Assembly (NCBI GenBank): GCA_017459225.1
Contig: JAFUDL010000137.1
Location: 1-37,790 of the forward strand
From: Kiritimatiellia bacterium
GTDB lineage: Bacteria; Verrucomicrobiota; Kiritimatiellia; RFP12; UBA1067
Direction: 5' to 3'
DNA: 37,790 nucleotides
Below, piece by piece: positions 1 through 6,174 of this stretch. The position numbers and the translations under genes are program-made. Position 1 is the first letter of the stretch; every line of letters starts with the position of its first letter. The notes below the pieces were generated by a model that was not told the origin of the DNA, did not search any database, and worked only from the letters and a program-made list of their open reading frames with translations.

Positions 1-361
1 CCGCAAGCTCCTTGAAGCACGCCGCGGCAGTCTGCATGTTGGCGGCCACCCTGATCTGCGTGAGCGCGTTCGACCACATGAGCTTCTGGCGCGTGTAGTT
101 TTCGGCGTTGCGCGCCTGCATGCGCGAGAACTGGAAGAACTGGCGCGCCTCGACGTCGCGCCCCACGGCGAGCTTCTGCTTGCCCTGCTGGTAGAACTTC
201 TCCTGCTCGCGCGCCGCCTGGCGCTGGCCTTCGCCGAGCGCGTCGATTGACTTCTCGATGCCGCGCTCGAGGTTGCGCTTCTGCCGGCGTCTTTCCGCCT
301 CAATTTCCTCTGTTGTCTTGAAGATGTTGCCGAGGTTCTTGATAATGCTTCCAAATGACAT
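1..361 (-). CDS. ESCRT-III/Snf7-like (PspA/IM30 superfamily) coiled-coil protein, paralog 2; N-terminus complete, C-terminus beyond the window edge
   Basis: Not in the ORF track because it is open at the window edge. My own minus-strand translation from ATG 361-359 gives MSFGSIIKNLGNIFKTTEEIEAERRRQKRNLERGIEKSIDALGEGQRQAAREQEKFYQQGKQKLAVGRDVEARQFFQFSRMQARNAENYTRQKLMWSNALTQIRVAANMQTAAACFKELA, with no stop down to nt 2. A purine-rich SD-like tract (AAAGAAAGAGAGAG on the minus strand, about 366-379) lies upstream. The N-terminus parallels the neighbouring 228-aa protein. The basic helix 1 and the G(R/K)D..A..(F/L)...R......Y......M......Q..V......Q......(F/M)K layout recalls CHMP/Vps24-type ESCRT-III. 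The family call is by eye only. Confidence 0.55.
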   Translation of the reverse strand, partial: MSFGSIIKNLGNIFKTTEEIEAERRRQKRNLERGIEKSIDALGEGQRQAAREQEKFYQQGKQKLAVGRDVEARQFFQFSRMQARNAENYTRQKLMWSNALTQIRVAANMQTAAACFKELA

Positions 362-415
362 GGGGCTCTCTCTTTCTTTTCAGATAGTTTCCATGAAGGT
401 CCATTCTGACAACGC

Positions 416-1102
416 TCAACCAACTGCAGGCGTTGCGGGGGCGGGTGCCGGCTCGGCAGGAGCTGGCGTTTCGGTGGCCGGTTCAGGAACCGGAGCGGCA
501 GGCGCTTCTGTTTGCGGCGCGCTCGGCGAACTCGCCCTACCGGCGTCGGCCGCTGGAGCAGGAGTGCCAAGCATCGCGGCCCTTCTCGCAGCGCGCGCGG
601 CGTCTTCGCTTCTCGTATCCTTTGCCGCACGCTTCTTCTTGCCCATGTCGTCGAGTTTACCAACCTTCTCAGCCGTCTCGTTGCGCTCCCCGAGCATGTC
701 CTCCACCTGCTCCATGAGAATCTCGACCTCGGCAGGGTCGGCGGCGTGGCGCGCCTGTTCGAGAAGCTGCTCGCACTTGGCGCGTATTGCGCGCTGGGCG
801 GTGATGTTCTCGCCCATCTGCTGCGCGAGAGACCGCTTGCGTTCGAACTCCTTCTCTAGCTCGTCCACCTGGTCCATGAGCAGATCCTGGTTGTTCGGAT
901 TCGTCTCCACCTGGAGCTGGCGCTTGAGCTCGGCGATCTTGTCGCCAATCGCCTTGTTGGCGCGCATGATCGTGTTGCGGTTCTCCTCCATCTCCGCGAT
1001 CTTCTGCTTCACGGAGTCGATCCGCGCGATGAGCTGTCGCTGCCTGGCGGGCTTGACCCCGAAGATGCCTAGGATTTTTTCGATGATGTCACCGAGTGTC
1101 AT
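416..1102 (-). CDS. ESCRT-III/Snf7-like (PspA/IM30 superfamily) coiled-coil protein, paralog 1, with a Pro/Ala-rich C-terminal tail
   Basis: 228-aa ORF. ATG 1102-1100 overlaps the TGA 1101-1099 of the upstream helicase gene (ATGA coupling). N-terminus is MTLGDIIEKILGIFG, followed by long charged heptad-like helices. The segment DPAEVEILMEQVEDMLGERNETAEKV resembles the Snf7 alpha5 pattern D.vD..mD.I.E......EI. A KKKR patch follows, then a tail of about 50 aa (GTPAPAADAG...PAPAPATPAVG). Confidence 0.6.
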   Translation of the reverse strand: MTLGDIIEKILGIFGVKPARQRQLIARIDSVKQKIAEMEENRNTIMRANKAIGDKIAELKRQLQVETNPNNQDLLMDQVDELEKEFERKRSLAQQMGENITAQRAIRAKCEQLLEQARHAADPAEVEILMEQVEDMLGERNETAEKVGKLDDMGKKKRAAKDTRSEDAARAARRAAMLGTPAPAADAGRASSPSAPQTEAPAAPVPEPATETPAPAEPAPAPATPAVG

Positions 1103-4100
1103 GTTGTTTCCTTTCTCTTTGTCGCTTTTTCAAATGCTTCAAGAAGACGCTTCTCCGCACGAGCGCGATCGTATGCCCAATCCTCAACCCAGGCATGAAC
1201 GATGTTCCATCCGAGCGAAGCGAGAACGGAGTCGCGCAGACTGTCGCGGTCGCGCGCGGTGCGCGCGCCGGCGTAGTCGATGCCGTCGCATATCACGCCC
1301 AGCACGTAGCGCGAACCGTCCTCGGGATCGCGCACCGCCACGTCCACTCTGCTGCCGCCGCATCCAACGGCGCGCGCCACCTTTGCGCCGGCATGCTCCA
1401 GAACGGACGCCACCTCCTCCGCGAAGCGGTCCTTCTCGAGATCCCTCTGCGGAAGCGCGATGCGGTATCCCTTCTCCGCGTATTCGAGGAAGGCCCGCAG
1501 GTCGGCCGGACCCTGACGCGAGATGCGGTCTACGTCGATCTGGTGGCCGTGTATACTCGACACCACCACGATCTTCTCCTTCGCGCGCGTGATCGCCACG
1601 TTCAGTCGGCGCTCGCCGCCCTGGTTGCTCAAGGGGCCGAACACCATGTTGAACTTTCCGTTCGCGTCCGGCGCGTATCCAACCGAGAAAACAATCGCGT
1701 CGCGCTCGTCGCCCTGCACGTTCTCGAGGTTCTTCACGAAGAACGGTTCGTTCTCCTGTTCCGCAAAGCGCGGCTCGAGCTCTGGATGCTCGCTGCGCCT
1801 CTCGTCCACAAGGTCCTCAATGAGGTCGCGCTGCGCCTCGCTGAACGTGACGACTCCGATTGACTTCCCGGCGCACTCCGGATCCGCCATCCACTTCATC
1901 ACGAAGTCGGCCACCGTCTCGGCCTCGCGCTTGTTTGTGCGGCTGCCGCTCGCCTCGTACACGCCGTCCGGCACGTACACGAAGCTGACGCCAAGACGGT
2001 CGGTGAGAGACGCCGCGGGGAATATCTGCAGCCCGCCCTCGTAGTAGCGCTGGTTCGAGAACGCGATCAGCGACTCGTGGCGGCTGCGGTAGTGCCAGCC
2101 GAGGAAGCTGGAAGGCACTCCCGCGTGCAGGCATTCGTCCAGAATGCTCTCGAGGTCCTCCACCTCCGCCTCTTCGTCCGCGCCTTTCTGGAAGAAGCTA
2201 GTGGGCGGCATCTGTTTCGGGTCGCCCACAACGATCAGCTGCTTTCCGCGCGCGATCACGCCGATGGCGTCCCACACCGGAATCTGCGAGGCCTCGTCGA
2301 ACACCACGAGATCGAACGCGGCGTCCACGGGCAGATACTGCGCCACTGAGAGCGGACTCATCAGGAAGCATGGCTTGATGGCGGGCGTGAGGGTAGGCGT
2401 TTCGGCGAGGATCTGGCGCACTGGCTTCTGGCGCATCTTCTTGCCGCATTCGTGCATCAGGAGGCCGAGCTCGCTCGTGTCGCCGCGGCGCGCGCGGCCG
2501 TCGTTTCGCGGAATGCGCGCGGAGAGCGTTGCCACGAGGCTCTTCTGCGCGAGGCTGGCGCAACGTTCATCGAGCTCGCGGAAGCGCTCGATCTGGTTTT
2601 CGCGCTTCATCCCCTGGAAGAATCCGAACTCCGGCTCGCCGTCCATGATCTCGTCGAGAAGCTTGAACTGGAACGCCTTGGAGAAACGGTCCGCCAGTGC
2701 GGCTCCGTTCGGCGCGTCGTCGGCATCGATCGCCGCGGCTGCACTCCCTGCGATCGCGGGAATCTTCCTGCGTGCCTCGAAGTACATGAACGCCTGGCGC
2801 AGATTGCCCTTTGCATGCGCCGCTATCTTTCCCGCCTCCTCGGCAAGCGCACCCGCCTTCTCGGGAGCGAGCTCGCCCTTCTCCGCGGCGATGATCTCTC
2901 CCGCTGCGGCACAGGCCTTATCGATGCGCAGCTCGGCCCTCGCACGCGCCTCCATCCAGCCTTCGGGATCTGCCTTCGCCGGCTCGAAGCCCGCGTTCAG
3001 CAGCTCCTTCGCGCGAGGCTCGAGCTTCGCGAGCTCCTCGTCGGCTGCCTGCAGGTTCGCGGCCATCTTCATCGCCTCGCGCAGGCGAACGCGGTCAAGC
3101 GCGCCGTCCTTGGCTATCGATGCGTACGAGCGCACGAGCGCACGCTCCTTGAAGATGCGCGTCAGTATGAACGAGCCGTCTATCTCCGCGACACGCCGGC
3201 GCAGCTCGCGCAGCGGCATCTCCCTGAGAGCCTGAATGTCGTACTCCGTCCCGACGTTCCGCTCGAACGTGCGGGACTCCTTGAGAAAATTGAAATACCT
3301 CTTCAGGAAACGCGCGGCTTCATCTGCCGGACCTCCCACGGCGGCAAGTTCCGCCACAGCCGCGCGAAGCTCCTCGGCGACGTGCGAGGCGTTCTCCGCG
3401 AGGCGGGCTTCAGATCCCGGACTCCACGCGAACGGCTTCACGCGCGCAAGCGCCTTCACCGCGTCTGCGGAAATTCCCTCCCTCATCTCGGCCGCCGCCG
3501 CAATCGCGCGCAGAGCCTGCTCATAGTCGGCGGCAGTCGTCTCTCGCGCGCTTCCCTTCACCGCGAACGATGCATCCTCGCCGATCTCGCCGCGCACTAG
3601 GCGGGAGAAGAGCTCATACGGCGTGAAGCCGCTCACCGTCTCTCTGTGAAGCGCCTTTACGTAGCCGTCGAGCTGGCGGCGCATCGACTCCATCTCGCCC
3701 ACCACCGCGCTTCTGTCGCCGGGCGGCGAGGAAGCGCCTACCTTCAGCGCCTCGGAAAACTGGGCGTACACGTCCCCCTTGCCGGTCTTGTTCGAATGCA
3801 GCTGCAGGCAGAACGGAGCAAGCCCAATGCGCGCAAGGCGGTTGTACACGACGTCGAGCGCGGCCTTCTTCTCGGAGACGAACAGCACGCGCCGTCCGAG
3901 CGAGAGGTTGTGCGCGATGAGGTTTGTGATCGTCTGCGACTTTCCGGTGCCGGGCGGACCATGCAGCACGAACGTCTTGCCCAGCGCCGAGTAGAGGATG
4001 GCCGCGAGCTGCGAAGAGTCCGCGCTCATCGGGCAGCACAGATGCGAATAGTCGAGATGGCGGTCCACCTCCTTCGCCGGGAAGATCTCCACTCCGTCGT

Positions 4101-6018
4101 CGAACGTTCCGGCCCTGTTGATCAGGTGGGCGATGAGAGGATGCGAGCGGATCGCCTCGCTGCGCGAAGTGAGATCCTTCCACATCACGAACTTGCCGAA
4201 GGAGAACTGCCCGAGGATGCACTCCTCCGTCACCGCGAGGCCCGGCAGATCGCGCACGGCCGCGCGGAAGATGCCGAACACCTTCGCCACGTCCACGCCG
4301 GAGTCGTCGGTAGGCAGCGGATCGAGTCCAGGCACCGAAAGCTGGTACTCCACGCGCAGCATCTCGAGGAGCGTGGTGTTGACGATCGTCTCCTCGTCGA
4401 TTCTGTGAATGCGGTATCCCTCCGCCACGCTGCGCCGCTCAATTCTCACCGGCATCAGCAGAATCGGCGCGCGGTATGCCGAGCTCGACTTGGCACCACC
4501 CGCCTCTCGCCATTCAAGCGCGCCGAACGCGAGGAACAGAGTGTTGACGCCGCTCTCCTCAAGGTCCACGCGGGCCGCACGGTATAGCTCTTTCATCCGC
4601 CGTTCGGTCTCGCGCTTCGGCAGCGCGCTCCACAGGTCGCACTCGCGAAGCGACTTCACGAGAGTGTCGCGGTACTGCTCGATCGCCGCGGCGGGCGGAA
4701 GGCGCTGAAAGGCGCGCCCTGCATCTTCGTCCAGGAAGTTCTCGTACGACTTCACGCGGAATCCGCTGTCCGCCGCAAGCGCGTCTTCTAGCTTCGCGGG
4801 CTCGGGGCAGAGAATCGGCACCACCTTCGCGGTGCCGCGCACGTTCAGAAGCCGGTTGGCCTTGGAGAGATCGAGAAGACGCTGCGCCCAGCCGTCCATG
4901 CGCGCCTGGGCGGAGTCCTTCGCGCCGCGGTCATTTCCAAGCTCGTCGAGGTCGATGTCCTCCTTCAGCGCGCGCGTTGCATCGTCGCGTGCGTTGACAT
5001 CGCGCCCATCGACCTCGCCGAATCCTCCGCCCGGCGCGACGGGAAGCGAGCGAACGCCCATGCCGCGCGCGAGCGCCACGTCAACCGCCGAACGGAATGC
5101 GGGCTGGTGCAGCAGATGCTTCTTGGCGGCGCTCTCCGCTTCGGCGAAGGATGAGTTGCCGCCGACAAGCGTGGTCTCGATCACGATGAACGTGTCGTCG
5201 TCCATCGCCTTGCGCAGCGTTTCCACATCCGTCACCACGGGATCGTGGAAGCTCTTGTCCAGCAGATGGCATCCAACGAAGGCGTGGTTCTCTATCAGCA
5301 CCACGACGGGCCTCAGCCCGCACAGTTCGAACATCGAGGCGAAGAGCAACGTGGTGTCGAGGCAGCAGCCGGTCTTGTACTTGAGGATCTCGTCCGGCAG
5401 ACGTACCTTCTGCCCGGGCTGGCCGAACGTCGCGGGCGCCACGGCATAGGAGATTCCGAGGTTCTGCACCGCGCGGTAAACTGCCTTGCAGATGTCGTAC
5501 ACGGCCGCCTTGCCCTGGAGATAGCCCACGATCGCCGCGGAGCCCGTCGTCTCCTCGAGGATCTTCGCGACGTCGGCCTGAATGCGGCGCGTGGCGTCGC
5601 AGCTGGGGATGACGAAACTCGCGTAGTAGATGGGGCGCCCGCAGCCAAGCGTCTGGTCGGGCGGGTAGGCGGTCTGGCGGGCGGACGCGAACGCGAGCTC
5701 GTTGCCGTCGGCGTCCTGCACCGCCGCACGCACCTCGCCCTCCTTCACGTCGGCAAGCTCGGAGAGGAACGCATAGTCCAGCCTGGGCTCGCCTTCCGGA
5801 ATCGGCACGCACACCGTCTCGCCAGGCTGCACCGCGGCGAGCGCCATCTCAAGCGGACGAAACAGGCCGATGTCCGAAGACACCACAAGCCTCGCGCCCA
5901 CGAGAGTCTCCTCGCCGGCGTTCTTCACGCGCACCTCTCGCAGCACGGACTGCCCCGCCTGCTGAAGCACCAATCCGCTCTCCGCGGCCACATCCACTTC
6001 TACCGTCAGATTGTTCAT
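1099..6018 (-). CDS. Giant SF1 helicase-nuclease (Hhe-like: DUF4011-like + Upf1-like helicase + Vsr/DUF559-type endonuclease fold) with an N-terminal transglutaminase-like Cys-protease domain
   Basis: 1639-aa ORF. Domains by eye: aa 1-120 beta-rich. Aa ~130-300 transglutaminase-like core (KTGCCLDTTLLFASMF, ENHAFVGCHL, HDP). Aa ~375-650 DUF4011-like (RLLDLSKANRLLNVRG, NTLFLAFGALEW, APILLMPV). Helicase motifs: GPPGTGKSQT (Walker A, nt about 3937-3966), VVFDEASQI, VVGDPKQMPPTSFF, WHYRSRHESLI, VVTFSEAQ, VQGDERDAIVFSVGY, GERRLNVAITRAKEKIVVV, with a coiled-coil insert of roughly 300 aa between the helicase lobes. C-terminus: GCGGSRVDVAV...YVLGVICDG..Y, a PD-(D/E)xK-like fold. Confidence 0.9.
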   Translation of the reverse strand: MNNLTVEVDVAAESGLVLQQAGQSVLREVRVKNAGEETLVGARLVVSSDIGLFRPLEMALAAVQPGETVCVPIPEGEPRLDYAFLSELADVKEGEVRAAVQDADGNELAFASARQTAYPPDQTLGCGRPIYYASFVIPSCDATRRIQADVAKILEETTGSAAIVGYLQGKAAVYDICKAVYRAVQNLGISYAVAPATFGQPGQKVRLPDEILKYKTGCCLDTTLLFASMFELCGLRPVVVLIENHAFVGCHLLDKSFHDPVVTDVETLRKAMDDDTFIVIETTLVGGNSSFAEAESAAKKHLLHQPAFRSAVDVALARGMGVRSLPVAPGGGFGEVDGRDVNARDDATRALKEDIDLDELGNDRGAKDSAQARMDGWAQRLLDLSKANRLLNVRGTAKVVPILCPEPAKLEDALAADSGFRVKSYENFLDEDAGRAFQRLPPAAAIEQYRDTLVKSLRECDLWSALPKRETERRMKELYRAARVDLEESGVNTLFLAFGALEWREAGGAKSSSAYRAPILLMPVRIERRSVAEGYRIHRIDEETIVNTTLLEMLRVEYQLSVPGLDPLPTDDSGVDVAKVFGIFRAAVRDLPGLAVTEECILGQFSFGKFVMWKDLTSRSEAIRSHPLIAHLINRAGTFDDGVEIFPAKEVDRHLDYSHLCCPMSADSSQLAAILYSALGKTFVLHGPPGTGKSQTITNLIAHNLSLGRRVLFVSEKKAALDVVYNRLARIGLAPFCLQLHSNKTGKGDVYAQFSEALKVGASSPPGDRSAVVGEMESMRRQLDGYVKALHRETVSGFTPYELFSRLVRGEIGEDASFAVKGSARETTAADYEQALRAIAAAAEMREGISADAVKALARVKPFAWSPGSEARLAENASHVAEELRAAVAELAAVGGPADEAARFLKRYFNFLKESRTFERNVGTEYDIQALREMPLRELRRRVAEIDGSFILTRIFKERALVRSYASIAKDGALDRVRLREAMKMAANLQAADEELAKLEPRAKELLNAGFEPAKADPEGWMEARARAELRIDKACAAAGEIIAAEKGELAPEKAGALAEEAGKIAAHAKGNLRQAFMYFEARRKIPAIAGSAAAAIDADDAPNGAALADRFSKAFQFKLLDEIMDGEPEFGFFQGMKRENQIERFRELDERCASLAQKSLVATLSARIPRNDGRARRGDTSELGLLMHECGKKMRQKPVRQILAETPTLTPAIKPCFLMSPLSVAQYLPVDAAFDLVVFDEASQIPVWDAIGVIARGKQLIVVGDPKQMPPTSFFQKGADEEAEVEDLESILDECLHAGVPSSFLGWHYRSRHESLIAFSNQRYYEGGLQIFPAASLTDRLGVSFVYVPDGVYEASGSRTNKREAETVADFVMKWMADPECAGKSIGVVTFSEAQRDLIEDLVDERRSEHPELEPRFAEQENEPFFVKNLENVQGDERDAIVFSVGYAPDANGKFNMVFGPLSNQGGERRLNVAITRAKEKIVVVSSIHGHQIDVDRISRQGPADLRAFLEYAEKGYRIALPQRDLEKDRFAEEVASVLEHAGAKVARAVGCGGSRVDVAVRDPEDGSRYVLGVICDGIDYAGARTARDRDSLRDSVLASLGWNIVHAWVEDWAYDRARAEKRLLEAFEKATKRKETT

Positions 6019-6051
6019 AGGTCGTTTTTGAACTACTCCGCCAAAATAATA

Positions 6052-6075
6052 ATGAACATTATATCAAAAGTTCAT
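6052..6075 (-). promoter_or_regulatory. Candidate promoter of the helicase operon (extended -10 TGaTATAAT, minus strand, 6058-6066) embedded in the palindrome ATGAAC-N12-GTTCAT
   Basis: The minus strand reads cttTTGaTATAATgttcat about 40 nt upstream of ATG 6018. The 6-bp inverted arms at 6052-6057 and 6070-6075 bracket the -10 box. A weak -35 (TGGCAA) lies 17 nt upstream. Confidence 0.35.
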
Positions 6076-6113
6076 CGACTTTGCCATGCGCGGATTGCAC
6101 GCCTCACGTCATT

Positions 6114-6147
6114 TTGGTATCATAGTCTCATTGGTATCATAGTCTCA
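6114..6147 (+). repeat. Perfect 17-bp tandem duplication (ttggtatcatagtctca x2), each copy carrying an extended -10-like TGgTATCAT; candidate twin promoters for the DPP-IV gene
   Basis: Copies at 6114-6130 and 6131-6147 are identical. TGGTATCAT occurs at 6115-6123 and 6132-6140, which is 35-52 nt upstream of ATG 6175. The repeat itself is certain. The promoter role is inferred. Confidence 0.6.
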
Positions 6148-6174
6148 CTTCCAACGCAACACTTTCACCAGGCC

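Noticed and set aside
258-3600. Long plus-strand ORFs (258-1592 at 444 aa, 1096-1863, 1523-2044, 2144-3235 at 363 aa, 2452-3600 at 382 aa) opposite the ESCRT-III-like and helicase genes
   Set aside because: Their sequences are Ala/Arg/Ser/Pro-rich and low in complexity, with no recognisable motifs. They lie exactly antisense to ORFs that carry strong family motifs. This is the typical stop-poor antisense-frame artefact of GC-rich DNA.
5245-6174. 310-codon N-terminal extension of the DPP-IV ORF (track ORF 5245-8241)
   Set aside because: The extension runs antisense through the helicase gene and across the AT-rich intergenic promoter region. A good signal peptide begins at the in-frame ATG at 6175, and the family's homology starts after it.
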